A DNA stretch of 41,147 nt from Candidatus Hodarchaeum mangrovi (GCA_016839515.1 JAEOUE010000206.1:1-41147), one strand, 5' to 3'. Positions 20,188 to 30,988 are shown, counted from the stretch's first letter. The notes: generated by a model not told the origin, from the letters alone. Program-made: numbers and translations.

Positions 20188-20784
20188 CTAGGAAAATTGG
20201 TCTGAAATACAGTCGTAACAAAAGGTAATTTTAGCTTTATCTGATCTGATAATAATTTTTGCACACTCAGTACAATAAAGTTTCAAGCATTTTGAACATT
20301 TCATTATTCCCAAGGCATTTTTACAGCGTTGGCAGAAATTATCGGAAGAATGGCCACCTAATTTTATTGCAAGGGATTCTAAAATTTTTTTAATTGTATG
20401 AGGATTTTTAATTTCACTAGACCCAATCCAAAATCGTTCTGTGAGATTAGGAAAATCATTTTCTATTAATTCTGAAGGAAGGAAGTCTTGAAGCCTTTTA
20501 GTCTCAAGAAGATCAAGGTTAATCTTCCATGTAGCTTTTGGATAGACAAAAACATATTTACGGCCTTTAATTTTAATCTCTAACAACCCAATAAATCCAG
20601 CTTCTTCCAGCGTTGCTAAATGGAAATCAAGTCCTGCTCTTTGAAGTTTAAAATGAGTAATTAAATTATTCTTGATTAAGAATTTTTCCTCTATTATATA
20701 GTCTAATATTTCAAGTCTTATTTTATTAGAAATCGCTTTAAGTATTGTTTCAATAGAAGCCTCAGATTTCATTCTAATACACAT
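20188..20784 (-). CDS. ArsR-type winged HTH regulator fused to an 8-Cys Zn finger
   Basis: 'LKAISNKIRLEIL...FHLATLEEAGFI' plus C-terminal CQRC-x8-CSKC-x4-CTEC-x14-CYDC. Confidence 0.8.
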   Translation of the reverse strand: MCIRMKSEASIETILKAISNKIRLEILDYIIEEKFLIKNNLITHFKLQRAGLDFHLATLEEAGFIGLLEIKIKGRKYVFVYPKATWKINLDLLETKRLQDFLPSELIENDFPNLTERFWIGSSEIKNPHTIKKILESLAIKLGGHSSDNFCQRCKNALGIMKCSKCLKLYCTECAKIIIRSDKAKITFCYDCISDQFS

Positions 20785-20979
20785 TTATTTAAAACTAAAA
20801 ATTCAGATAATTTAATGAATTCCAACTTTAAACACTTTTTTATTAAGTATTTGATCAGGTAAAAAAAAATTTACGCTTAAGTGTTCACGACCGTATACTT
20901 TTATTTAACTGCTATTTTAATGAACTGAAAATTCTTTTTATCGTCAAACCTTATATGTCCTTATATCAAGAGTCAAATA

Positions 20980-21675
20980 GTGATAAATTTGAGTAAACCA
21001 ATGGTTGTAATTGATTCGCTTGTTAAAGATTATCAAAGTGGTGTAATAACTGTCCATGCTTTAAATGACGTGAATCTTGAGATTAAAAAAGGAGAATTTG
21101 TAGTGATTCTTGGTCCCAGTGGGTCTGGTAAAACCACACTTCTCAATCTAATTGGTGGGATAGATATGCATACCAGTGGATCAATTAAAGTCAATACTCA
21201 TGAAATCACTAAGTTTACAGAAAAAAAACTTACTGAATTTCGGAAAAAAGATGTTGGATTCATTTTTCAATTCTACAACTTAATTCCAACCCTTACAGCA
21301 GTTGAAAATGTAGAATTAGCCGCCCAGCTGAATTTTTCTCGTCGTATAGCCTATGAAAAATCCATGAAAATGTTAGAGACTGTTAGAATAATAGATAAAG
21401 CCAACAATTTTCCATCACAGCTTTCAGGAGGAGAGCAACAACGAGTTGCTATTGCACGAGCTTTAGTTAAAGAACCCAAAATTGTTCTAGCTGATGAGCC
21501 AACAGGGAATCTCGATACAGAGACAGGAGAACATATATTGAAAGAAATGTTAAGGATCTGTAAGGAGAAAGAAACAACATTCTTAATTGTCACACATAAT
21601 GTTGCAATTTCAAAACTTGCCGATTATATTGTTTATTTAAAAGACGGACAGATTTTTGGAACATCGAAAGGATAA
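20980..21675 (+). CDS. LolD/MacB-type ABC ATP-binding protein
   Basis: GPSGSGKTT, GFIFQFYNL, LSGGEQQRVAIARAL, LADEPTGNLD. Confidence 0.95.
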   Translation: MINLSKPMVVIDSLVKDYQSGVITVHALNDVNLEIKKGEFVVILGPSGSGKTTLLNLIGGIDMHTSGSIKVNTHEITKFTEKKLTEFRKKDVGFIFQFYNLIPTLTAVENVELAAQLNFSRRIAYEKSMKMLETVRIIDKANNFPSQLSGGEQQRVAIARALVKEPKIVLADEPTGNLDTETGEHILKEMLRICKEKETTFLIVTHNVAISKLADYIVYLKDGQIFGTSKG

Positions 21676-21681
21676 TAAATA

Positions 21682-24099
21682 TTGCTATTTTTCAAAAAAA
21701 TTGTTAGAGATCTTACAAGGAATAAAGCACGTTCTTTACCTATTATTATTCTAATATTAATTAGTCAAGCTGCTAGTATTCTTTACATAGAAATAGGGGT
21801 TCTGATGGATGTTAGCTGGCAACAATATTTCCAAGAAAGTAAAGTAGGAGATGTTTGGATTGACACTGTCCCTTTATCTTCAGCTTCATTTAATGCATCA
21901 GTTATATCTGAATGGCAAAGGAAATATTTAATAACAACAATTCAACCACGTTTGTTTTTCAAAGGTCAAATAATAGTAGAAAGTGAAAAGATATCTGTTG
22001 AGGTTATCTCTTTACCTAGAAATAACTCGAATTCAATCAATAGAATTATAACAAAAGATGGGAGCTATTTTACGGATTATTCTGAGCTTGCAGCAGGAGT
22101 TTATATTGAACAATCTTATTTAAAGTTCTATCATCTTGAGGAAGGAAATGAAATTGCTCTATCAATTGACTTCGGAACTGAATCAAAAGATCTAAATCTT
22201 ACAATACTAGGGGGAGCTTATAGTCCTGAATATCCAATGAAAGCAGGTGAGGGAGTATCTCAACAACAATTTGAATTTTCGGCCACATTTGCTCAATATT
22301 TAACAATGAGTATCTTTGTAAGGACAGATTATCTTCAACAAGAATTATTTCAAGGACAGGAAATCTATAATCAGATTTGTATTTCTCTTTCAACTAAAAG
22401 TGAAATCGATTCTTTCCTCCATTATTTGCAAACAGATGAATCACCTTTAAACATATATACCATTAATGTAAGGAAATATCCTTCCTTAATGGAAGATATG
22501 GCATTTATTATGATCTGGGTTGGATTTGGAGTTGCATTTTTCTTTCTTTTAATCTCTATGTTTCTGACCTATACGGTTGTGAATCGGTTTATTGATGAAC
22601 AGAAATCCCAAATTGGAGTCATGAAATCATTAGGTTATTCAAACAGATATCTTTTAACGCAAAATCTTTTTTATGGTTTTATTTTGGGGATTCTAGGATC
22701 AATTCTCGGGATCTTTATTGGTGGAGGTATCGGAATAGTAATTGCGGACCTTGCGTTAAATTCTTGGCTTTCATTCCCTTATATTGTAATCGTTTTACCA
22801 ATAACACAATTTCTCTTATTATTGGGAATTACGGTCATAATTTCAACATTTGCATGTTACATCTCAGCTCGACGAATCTTAAAAATCTCCCCACGGGCTG
22901 CTATCCAACCAATTATACATGAAAGAAAGATAACCACCTTTATATTAGAAGATATTTTCCAAAAATTTGTCTTTCGTCTGTCAGCTCCTATTAAATATTC
23001 TATTCGAAATGTATTTGTCAATCCTAAACGAACCTTAACCACAATTCTATCACTTCTGCTCGCTATAGCACTGGTTGGAGGTGTATTAACAATTATTGTA
23101 AGTGTTTTTGAGGGAGGATCCTTAATGTTTGAGTCTGAAAGATGGGATGCTCAAATCACCCTAACATACGTTGAACCATTTTCAGAAATTGAATCGAATA
23201 TTTTGACTAAAATTGCAAACCAAGGATCAATCACTCTAGAACCTATGTTAACAGATTTCGCTAAAATAAGTGATCCTTTAGAGAATTCTAATATTTGGAC
23301 AAAAATCACTTTTATGGCGTTAGCATTAAATCAAAGTTTAAAAGTCCTTTCAACAAGTTTTGCAAACAATATTTCGGCGATAGTATCCCCAGACCTTGCT
23401 AAATCATTTAACCTAGAAGCTGGAAATCAATATTCATTACTAGGAAGAAATGGAACTGAATCAAATGTTAATATTCAGTCAATTCTCCCACAACACCATG
23501 TTTCAAGCTTCTATATCCCTCTTTCTTTAGGAAATTATTTATCCTTTGGAAATAACACTACTCAGATGATTAACGGGATTCTTCTTGGTGGATTGACCTC
23601 TAAAGATGATATCGAATCATTAAAAGAAGATTATTCCTTAATCCTAAAATCAGATCTAATTAAGCAAACGGAGTCGTGGTATTCATTGATGAGTTCTATC
23701 ATCTTTGTTATCCTCTTTCTAGTTCTTATAATAGCTGGAATGATTATCTACTCGATAATGTCAATTGATATTGCCGAACGAAAGGATGATCTAGCTATTA
23801 TGAGAGCGATAGGTATTCATAATAGAAATATTTATCTTTGGGGAGTTTTAGAGGTATTAATTTATACAATTTTATCGAGTGTAGGATATTTTATTGGATT
23901 CTTTATCGCAGTATGGTATATGGACATTTTACAGCAATTAATGCAGCAACCACAAGGAACTTTTAATTTTTCATTGGCACATTACATCTTTTCTTTGAGC
24001 TTTGGCTTTATAGCTGCAATATTAGGTCAATTTTTTGCACTACGATATGTTCTAAAACAAAAAATTGTTCTTGTTACAAAAGAGAAAATGTTTGGGTAG
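21682..24099 (+). CDS. FtsX/MacB-family ABC permease (duplicated)
   Basis: Two FtsX motifs 'EQKSQIGVMKSLGYS' and 'ERKDDLAIMRAIG', two extracellular loops; follows the ATPase by 6 nt. Confidence 0.9.
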   Translation: MLFFKKIVRDLTRNKARSLPIIILILISQAASILYIEIGVLMDVSWQQYFQESKVGDVWIDTVPLSSASFNASVISEWQRKYLITTIQPRLFFKGQIIVESEKISVEVISLPRNNSNSINRIITKDGSYFTDYSELAAGVYIEQSYLKFYHLEEGNEIALSIDFGTESKDLNLTILGGAYSPEYPMKAGEGVSQQQFEFSATFAQYLTMSIFVRTDYLQQELFQGQEIYNQICISLSTKSEIDSFLHYLQTDESPLNIYTINVRKYPSLMEDMAFIMIWVGFGVAFFFLLISMFLTYTVVNRFIDEQKSQIGVMKSLGYSNRYLLTQNLFYGFILGILGSILGIFIGGGIGIVIADLALNSWLSFPYIVIVLPITQFLLLLGITVIISTFACYISARRILKISPRAAIQPIIHERKITTFILEDIFQKFVFRLSAPIKYSIRNVFVNPKRTLTTILSLLLAIALVGGVLTIIVSVFEGGSLMFESERWDAQITLTYVEPFSEIESNILTKIANQGSITLEPMLTDFAKISDPLENSNIWTKITFMALALNQSLKVLSTSFANNISAIVSPDLAKSFNLEAGNQYSLLGRNGTESNVNIQSILPQHHVSSFYIPLSLGNYLSFGNNTTQMINGILLGGLTSKDDIESLKEDYSLILKSDLIKQTESWYSLMSSIIFVILFLVLIIAGMIIYSIMSIDIAERKDDLAIMRAIGIHNRNIYLWGVLEVLIYTILSSVGYFIGFFIAVWYMDILQQLMQQPQGTFNFSLAHYIFSLSFGFIAAILGQFFALRYVLKQKIVLVTKEKMFG

Positions 24100-24370
24100 G
24101 TTCTTTTTACAATATAAAATTAAATAAGATGAATTGAAATCCAATGCACAAAAAAGTAATGGTAATAATAAAGTCCTTTTTACACCTTTTAATTATTTGA
24201 TCGATAAAAGTTTCTGTTCCACAAAGCTTTAATCACCAGGATTAGACCATTCAAATAATTATATACCATTTAGAAGATAAAAATATCATCTATCCTCCGT
24301 GTAATTGATGACTTTATAATTTATAGAATATTATTGCAAATAAATAGAATCATAAATTAAAGGTACTTTT

Positions 24371-25363
24371 TTAAAATAATAGTTTAACAATAAGGAAAAT
24401 TACTCCAGAAAAGATTGCAGATGCAGGAGTCGTTAAAATCCAACTCCACCCAATCTCTTTTAGTGAATCAGTATCGATTTTCTCTTTATTTACAAAACCT
24501 ACACCAATAAAAGCTGCTACTAAGATATGCGATCCACTCAAAGGCATTCCTAGCAAAGTACCTACGAACATTATGATTGACACCGAAACACTTGCTGCTA
24601 GGGCAGAAGTGGCTGATAGAGCTACTATATCCTGAGAAAGTTTTTTAGTAACTCGTCTTCCAAGTATGATAACCCCAAGACACATTCCGAGACCACCGGC
24701 AAGAAGTGCTAAGAATGGATCAGCCAAAATCTCTGGAATGGCCATCAAAGGCCCAATTGCTTTAGCAACATCATTACCACTTCGAGAAAAAACTGAAATG
24801 AGGAGAAAGAATGCTAAAGCATATGATGCTATCCTTTCCTGGCGCTCATAATCACTATATCCTGTACGTTTGAGTGATTGTTGTAATTTAATGATTAAAA
24901 AATAGGATCCGTATCCACCAACTAAACCTATTAATGGACTGATGATCCAGCTAAATACAACTATTATCAAAGTGTCTAATCGTACCGCGGATAAACCCCA
25001 CTCTATCAATACTATCCCTAACACACTTCCAACGACAGATTGAGTTGTAGAAATTGGGATACCTTTCAAGGAAACAATAAATAACCAGATCGCCATTGAA
25101 ATTAAAATAATAAAGACCATAGGAAGCGTTAGAGTTTCAGTGGCAAAATTATTTCCAACCGTTTTAGAAACTTGTTTTCCAAGAAAAAAAACGCCAATAA
25201 AATTAAAAATTCCCCCAAGGATCACTGCTGATCCAAGTGTTAACAAACCTGCTCCTACAGCAGGAGTCATAGTTTCATCATTTGCTCCTATGGTAAAAGC
25301 AACAAAAAACCCGATTCCTAGAGCTAAAGCTAAAATTAAAGGATCAGTCAGGTTTGTCACCAA
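24371..25363 (-). CDS. pit: PiT-family inorganic phosphate transporter
   Basis: GANDE, PISTTQSVVG, GNDVA, GMPLSGSH signature motifs. Confidence 0.92.
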   Translation of the reverse strand: MVTNLTDPLILALALGIGFFVAFTIGANDETMTPAVGAGLLTLGSAVILGGIFNFIGVFFLGKQVSKTVGNNFATETLTLPMVFIILISMAIWLFIVSLKGIPISTTQSVVGSVLGIVLIEWGLSAVRLDTLIIVVFSWIISPLIGLVGGYGSYFLIIKLQQSLKRTGYSDYERQERIASYALAFFLLISVFSRSGNDVAKAIGPLMAIPEILADPFLALLAGGLGMCLGVIILGRRVTKKLSQDIVALSATSALAASVSVSIIMFVGTLLGMPLSGSHILVAAFIGVGFVNKEKIDTDSLKEIGWSWILTTPASAIFSGVIFLIVKLLF

Positions 25364-25371
25364 AATTAGCG

Positions 25372-26046
25372 TTAACTGTGTTTAGCAATTAAAACTTTCA
25401 AATAATCAATGGCTTCCTCTGCTCTTATACTAATTCGTGTGGTGTCGTTTAATAAACGTTCAGTCCCTCTCTCATATTTATCATTAAGAACTTGCTCTTG
25501 AATAAAATAATACAGATCTCTAACTTCATCTCGTTGTTCCTCTACCTTCATTGCTTTCTTAGCTGCTTTTTCAAAATCATCAAAAAATTCTTCATGCGCT
25601 TCGACATAATTTTCGATAAGATCCTCTGTTATTTTTAATATCTGATCAAATTCAGGTGGAAAATAGGAACTATCCAGTTTTTTAAGGCATAATGTACGAA
25701 CTGCTCGCTCTATACAATCTAATATATAATCCGCATTAAACATTAAATTATAGCGTTCTTCTGTGATTTGTGGTAAATAGGCTTTTTTCCGGAAAATACT
25801 CTCGAAGAAGACGTCTTTAACTTTATCAGCATCTCTTTCTAGATTAATTATTTCATCTCGTAATTTATAGCCTTTTTCATAATCTCCTTCTCTCCAAGCT
25901 TCAATTGCTTTAACATAAGTTTCATATGCGACTTCTATTGACTTTACTAGTTCAAGAAATAGTTCAGTTCCTTTTTTATGAATATCTTTTTCTCTTAAAA
26001 TTTTGGAAAAATAATCTCCAGGCATTTCCTTCACCAAAAACTTCAA
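25372..26046 (-). CDS. DUF47 / PhoU-like Pit accessory protein
   Basis: 'LERDAD', 'R.....D.I.D', 'E...D'; helical; directly upstream of pit. Confidence 0.85.
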   Translation of the reverse strand: MKFLVKEMPGDYFSKILREKDIHKKGTELFLELVKSIEVAYETYVKAIEAWREGDYEKGYKLRDEIINLERDADKVKDVFFESIFRKKAYLPQITEERYNLMFNADYILDCIERAVRTLCLKKLDSSYFPPEFDQILKITEDLIENYVEAHEEFFDDFEKAAKKAMKVEEQRDEVRDLYYFIQEQVLNDKYERGTERLLNDTTRISIRAEEAIDYLKVLIAKHS

Positions 26047-26173
26047 AGAATATTTATAGAAAAAAGTTATTTATATTTACTGGAAGAAATGGTACAAGAT
26101 CTAGTTATTTATAATTTGATTGTAAATTTACACGAAGAAAATTCAGAATCTAGTTGTTACTATAATATTTTAA

Positions 26174-26920
26174 TTAATCTTTTGGTTTTTCGGTCCCATT
26201 TTGCCAATTTTCAATGACTTGATTTGCTTCCTTGATATAATCGATATAGGAATGTGATAATGATTCCGAAAATCCAATTAATTCACAATTGAGGCATTTT
26301 GAATAGGGTAATAATCTTGGAAAAAAAGATGGGACTTTTACCATTTTACAATCTTGGATTTTTTCTACCTTATTAATAAATGTCTCAACTGAAACATTTT
26401 CAAACTCTAACAAATTTATTTGTTCAAAGGAAATTTTTGAGGAAATATCTTGTAAATTCTGTTCAGTAATACGTAGATTGTCTTGAAATGCAACAGTAAT
26501 CACTGGAAGATTACGATTTGCAGTTAAAAGGGAGTGAGATGAAAGCTGGGGAAAAGAATTTTCTTTAAAGTGCTCAATAAATTCTTTCATCATAATTGAT
26601 AGTACCTCTCCATTTGATAATCCCAATTTTTGGGCTATTTGTTGGAAATCATTATAGAGTGTCTCATCCATTTCACTAAGAGTAATTAGCGAGTTGAAAT
26701 CTTTTTGAAAGATCTGTGAAAGTTGGCCTAATTTTTCCTGAATTTCTTTAAGAATATCTAGTTCTCCTAATAAATACGATCTTTCGGTCAATAGTTGTAA
26801 AACTAGTTCTACTAGTTCTCCTTTAGTAATTTGCTCGTTTTCAATTTTCTTTAAATACTCTTCAATTTGAGAGTTAAGATATTCTCGCAATTGAATTGTA
26901 TTCAGATATTGTACGGTCAT
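26174..26920 (-). CDS. Hypothetical protein, paralog of 26939..27508 (RHH-like segment plus beta-rich C-terminal domain)
   Basis: 'ITLSEMDETLYNDF...LGLSNGEVLS.MM...FPQLS...C.MVKVP..P.LL..SK...CE.I' aligns with the neighbour. Confidence 0.7.
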   Translation of the reverse strand: MTVQYLNTIQLREYLNSQIEEYLKKIENEQITKGELVELVLQLLTERSYLLGELDILKEIQEKLGQLSQIFQKDFNSLITLSEMDETLYNDFQQIAQKLGLSNGEVLSIMMKEFIEHFKENSFPQLSSHSLLTANRNLPVITVAFQDNLRITEQNLQDISSKISFEQINLLEFENVSVETFINKVEKIQDCKMVKVPSFFPRLLPYSKCLNCELIGFSESLSHSYIDYIKEANQVIENWQNGTEKPKD

Positions 26921-26938
26921 CTTACGGTCTCAAAATAT

Positions 26939-27508
26939 TCAATCTTCGTTGTTTGAGTTCTTTGGAGACTGATTAGCCGAATTACTCTTATAAATCTCGA
27001 TTTCTTCGCAAAAACGAATTTTAGAGAGAAGTAGGAGTTTGGGAAGAATATTTGGAATTTTGACTAGACCACAATGCTGAATAGAATGGATATAAGTTTG
27101 AAACGTCTCAAGATCAACATCAGGTTCTATAATTAATTGATCAATATGTTGAAAATAAAAAACAGTATTTGCCTCTTCAAGATCACGTTTGGAAATTGAA
27201 AGCTTATCATGATGAGCTATATATGCTTTTTCTAGTGCTAGTTTACCAAACGTCCCTCTTGCACTCAATTGGGGGAAGGTTCCATTGAAATCTTCAATGA
27301 TATCAGTCATCATTCGATTAACTGCATCACCAATACTAAGGTTCAACGTCTTGACACGTTGGGTGAATTCATCATATAAATCAGGATTGATCCCTCGAAT
27401 TGTTATGTTTTTTAAACTGCGTAAGCGTTCTTTTTCTTGATTTAATTGGGCTTTTGCACGTTCAAAAGCTTCTCTTTCTCGTTCAATACGATCTTCATCA
27501 TCCATCAA
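26939..27508 (-). CDS. Hypothetical protein with coiled coil and ribbon-helix-helix-like segment
   Basis: 'NITIRGINPDLYDEF...LNLSIGDAVNRMM' has an RHH-like strand-helix-helix pattern. Confidence 0.7.
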   Translation of the reverse strand: MMDDEDRIEREREAFERAKAQLNQEKERLRSLKNITIRGINPDLYDEFTQRVKTLNLSIGDAVNRMMTDIIEDFNGTFPQLSARGTFGKLALEKAYIAHHDKLSISKRDLEEANTVFYFQHIDQLIIEPDVDLETFQTYIHSIQHCGLVKIPNILPKLLLLSKIRFCEEIEIYKSNSANQSPKNSNNED

Positions 27509-27531
27509 TTTCAGTCATACATCCTTTTAAA

Positions 27532-27551
27532 ATGTCATACTTGTATGACAT
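27532..27551. promoter_or_regulatory. Perfect inverted repeat ATGTCATAC-TT-GTATGACAT, candidate operator
   Basis: 9-bp arms in the divergent intergenic region; extra half-sites GTCATAC 27514-27520 and TCATAC 27551-27556. Confidence 0.6.
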
Positions 27552-27664
27552 CATACTGTCAAACATGTTTATATGTTTTACTATATTCACTAAAAACTAG
27601 GTATTAAATAATAAATCTTAAATTCTTTTTTACACTGACTAGAAGCTTTTAAGGGAATTAAGAT

Positions 27665-28483
27665 TTGGTAAAAATTAGCAAACGAGAAGTTAAAGGAATA
27701 ATAACAAAAAGTAATATTCCTGGTGTGGATTATGTCATTAATCCTTATATAGGATGCTTTCATGGTTGTATTTATTGCTATGCTGAATTTATGATTCGAT
27801 TTTCAGGGCATAAAGGTGAAAAGTGGGGAGATTTTCTAGATATTAAAAAATTCGATTTAAGTCAAATAAAACCTCAAAAATATAATCATAATTCAATTTT
27901 ATTTAGCTCTGTGACTGATCCTTATCTTTCGCTTGAAAAAAAAGTTGAAAATACACATCAGATTTTAGAAAAGCTTCTTGGTACTCAGGCTAAGATAACG
28001 ATTTTGACAAAATCCAAATTCGTGACTCGTGACATTGCTCTATTTACTCAATTCTCTAATATTGAAGTAGGAGTCTCTATCTCAACTTTAGATGATGATT
28101 TTGCAAAACTAATTGAACCCAGAGCCTCCTCTCCCACTAGTCGTGTTTTAGCCCTTAAAGAGATACATAACGCAGGTATCCCAACTTATACTTTTATTTC
28201 TCCGATTTTTCCAGGAGTAACTGATTTCAAAACTATTATTGACGCGACTAAATATTTTACCGACCGATATATGTTTGAAAATCTCAATTTTCGTCCTCAT
28301 AACACTTCTCGGATTCTTAATCTAATTTCCGAGATCTATCCCCACCTAAAATTATTATATTCTGAACTGAAGACTGATAATTCGTATTGGACCCATCTAG
28401 AAGCAGAAATTATTCAACATTGTTCTAGAGAGAATTTAAAGTACCAAATAGCCTTTCATCATGGCGGGTTTTCTAAATCTTGA
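27665..28483 (+). CDS. Radical SAM protein, SplB/Rv2578c-like
   Basis: INPYIGCFHGCIYCYA, SSVTDPY, LTKS, IEPRAS...R, ISPIFPG. Confidence 0.9.
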   Translation: MVKISKREVKGIITKSNIPGVDYVINPYIGCFHGCIYCYAEFMIRFSGHKGEKWGDFLDIKKFDLSQIKPQKYNHNSILFSSVTDPYLSLEKKVENTHQILEKLLGTQAKITILTKSKFVTRDIALFTQFSNIEVGVSISTLDDDFAKLIEPRASSPTSRVLALKEIHNAGIPTYTFISPIFPGVTDFKTIIDATKYFTDRYMFENLNFRPHNTSRILNLISEIYPHLKLLYSELKTDNSYWTHLEAEIIQHCSRENLKYQIAFHHGGFSKS

Positions 28484-28507
28484 TCGTAACATCGAATTAA
28501 GCCATTA

Positions 28508-29158
28508 TTATGATAGTAAAGGACCATAAAATTCGAGAAAAGCTTTAACCATATCATCAAATGGAAGATCAGCATAGACTCCCCGATCTTTAATATAATC
28601 GACGAATTGTCTTCCTTTAAGATCATAAGATTTAAAAATCGCGTCATTTGAACCTGTAAAATCACAAAGTGGAAAATCGTGCTTTATGCATAACGATGAC
28701 TCAAAGGAAGGAGTTAATTTATACCATTTATCCAGAAATACCTCGGCATATCCATGAAAGATAAATACATTGCTACCCCCCATAAGATCACGAAAATGCT
28801 GAGGACTCCGATGATTAATTATATCAGCAAAATGAAGGCGAGCTGGTATATCATTCGCTCGTAATAAAGCTACTAATAATATTGATTTTGGTATACAAAA
28901 ACCCCTTTGAGCCTCCAAAGTTGAACTGGCTTTGAATCCTGAAGGATTATCAATTTGAAAATCTTTTATGGTATAAGGGAAATTATCTCGTACAAATCTA
29001 AAAGTCTGTATAGCAAGATCCTTTTCCGAATTACTTGAGCTTTTTAGGTTATTTGCAAGAGCTCTTATTTTTTCTGAATCTGAATCAATAAAAAAAGTGG
29101 GTTTTAAATAAGCATCATTATTCATGGCATATCTATCCCTAATAGTCAGTGAAATCAT
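28508..29158 (-). CDS. Transglutaminase-like protein
   Basis: 'ASSTL...GFCIPKS.LL.ALLRA..IPARL', 'HGYAEVF...W' (catalytic Cys/His); true start may be the second Met (MNNDAYL). Confidence 0.9.
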   Translation of the reverse strand: MISLTIRDRYAMNNDAYLKPTFFIDSDSEKIRALANNLKSSSNSEKDLAIQTFRFVRDNFPYTIKDFQIDNPSGFKASSTLEAQRGFCIPKSILLVALLRANDIPARLHFADIINHRSPQHFRDLMGGSNVFIFHGYAEVFLDKWYKLTPSFESSLCIKHDFPLCDFTGSNDAIFKSYDLKGRQFVDYIKDRGVYADLPFDDMVKAFLEFYGPLLS

Positions 29159-29270
29159 CAGATTTTGAGAATTTTTTATTTATTTCTATTATATTTAGTT
29201 TGAAGAAAATAAACATCAAGAGATACAATGTATTATCAGTGAAAAGAAGAATATAAGTCTGGTTTAATTG

Positions 29271-30008
29271 TTAGGAATATGTACGGTTAAAATCCTCATG
29301 GCTAGAACCAGAAATTCCACCTTGAAAATTCTTTGATTTTCCTTGAAATATTAGGTTTATACAAGTTATTAGTTGAAAAAATGTTGATACAAGAAAATAA
29401 TAAGCAAAAAAAATCATTATTGAGGCAAAAGAAGACCAAATAATCGAAAAAACAGCTGTTGGATAAGGTAAATTAATCAAGACACAAAGGTAAATCCAAA
29501 TCAAATAACCATCTGAGAATGCCCCGAGAGATGTTGGTAGAATGGGAAAAAGATTAGGAAAATCAGCTAATAAGCCAAAAATGAGATAATAACGTATCAA
29601 TACGAATAGATGAGATTTCTTATTCCTAGAAAAATAATAAAACCCAAATACAGCCAATAACAAGGTTAAAGACCCAGAAAACATTACTATAATAGAATTA
29701 AAGCAAATAGGGAGGCCGCTTGTTGTGAGCTGAGCAAAATTAAGGCTAAATTCATTAAGATTAATTTTAATTTGAGGATTAGAATTTGGTAAGAAGAATA
29801 GAGCTGAAAAATAATGACCTAACTCATGAACGAGAGTGAAAGGAAGGAAAAGTACATTTAATATCAATTTAAAGGATGGGATTATTTGACAAAACAAAAT
29901 AACTGCAAAACAAAATATTAAAAAAGGTTTTAAGGCATTAAAGAGCTGGGAACTGACTACATCTGAACTACCTGAGAAGGAATGATTTAGCTTTCGGTTC
30001 CACATCAT
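29271..30008 (-). CDS. M50-like (site-2 protease-type) intramembrane metallopeptidase
   Basis: HELGH within a hydrophobic helix and NLFP...SDG third-ligand motif. Confidence 0.75.
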   Translation of the reverse strand: MMWNRKLNHSFSGSSDVVSSQLFNALKPFLIFCFAVILFCQIIPSFKLILNVLFLPFTLVHELGHYFSALFFLPNSNPQIKINLNEFSLNFAQLTTSGLPICFNSIIVMFSGSLTLLLAVFGFYYFSRNKKSHLFVLIRYYLIFGLLADFPNLFPILPTSLGAFSDGYLIWIYLCVLINLPYPTAVFSIIWSSFASIMIFFAYYFLVSTFFQLITCINLIFQGKSKNFQGGISGSSHEDFNRTYS

Positions 30009-30223
30009 TTATTAAATTGGAGGAAGTACCTAATAAATCCTTCTTAAAATTAAAAACTTTTAAAACATTTTTAAGACTTTTAACATTTAAAAATGAAAAA
30101 AGGTTTAAAATTATAATGAAAGTAAAAATCGTTTAAAAAAAAAGATCTAGAAGTACGCTTTGATACTTCTTAAAAAAAGATTAGAGGAGGATATTTTATG
30201 TTATTTTAGTCGAACTTTGATTT

Positions 30224-30952
30224 TTAATCAACTAAAATACGTTCTTTGCCAGTAACCATACCCCGGAGTCGATTTCTATTTGCTGGAATAATAGCAAAAT
30301 AAAAATGAATTATAGTGGTTCCCAAGAAATAAAGATAAACTAAGAAATGAATAAATCGGATATCAAGGAAGAAGACCTCAAATGGAATTAAGAAAACCAA
30401 CAATAGACTCAAAAACATTGTTGATCCAGGGGAAACTTCTTCAGCGAGAGCAATCCCGGTAACACCCATGATAAAAATAGCCATTAAATTTGTGAGGGAT
30501 AATAGCTTTTGTGCAGGATGATATTTCATGATATATTCTTTCTTTTCAACAATATAATAATCGTAATGTGGATATTTTTCATCAGGAAGAATATTTAGAG
30601 CACAAAGAAGAATGATCCCTAGGTCTAAAAAATCTCGAGGAGTGGGAATTAAAGAATGAACTTCCTTTCCGAGAATAACAACAGATGTAAAGAAAATTAA
30701 GTCCCATACTCCGATAAATATTCCAAACATAAAATGTATTGACCGTGTGAAGATGTAATCACCGATGAAATACATTTGTAGAACAAGCTCTAATCCTGTA
30801 AAGAAGAATAAAAGCATTGTGAACACATGTACCCAATGATGCAATCTTTGAGCATTATTATATCTCTGAGCTATTATTACATTTGATGGAGAGGCTGCTT
30901 TTGACGAATCTTGTTTCTTCTCTTTTGCAGAATTAACATTAATTGTAGTCAT
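30224..30952 (-). CDS. Di-haem cytochrome b (FdnI/HyaC-like)
   Basis: Four TM helices with His in 'QRLHHWVH', 'RSIHF', 'RFIHF', 'IIHFY'; 'KYHPAQKL'; 'LRGMVTG'. Confidence 0.85.
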   Translation of the reverse strand: MTTINVNSAKEKKQDSSKAASPSNVIIAQRYNNAQRLHHWVHVFTMLLFFFTGLELVLQMYFIGDYIFTRSIHFMFGIFIGVWDLIFFTSVVILGKEVHSLIPTPRDFLDLGIILLCALNILPDEKYPHYDYYIVEKKEYIMKYHPAQKLLSLTNLMAIFIMGVTGIALAEEVSPGSTMFLSLLLVFLIPFEVFFLDIRFIHFLVYLYFLGTTIIHFYFAIIPANRNRLRGMVTGKERILVD

Positions 30953-30988
30953 AATTCATCACATTCATTATCAAAATTACTTTGCTAC

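Noticed and set aside
21351-28665. Short nested ORFs (21351, 22199, 22857, 24666, 25140, 25926, 27400, 28459)
   Set aside because: Shadows of ABC, Pit, DUF47 and neighbouring genes
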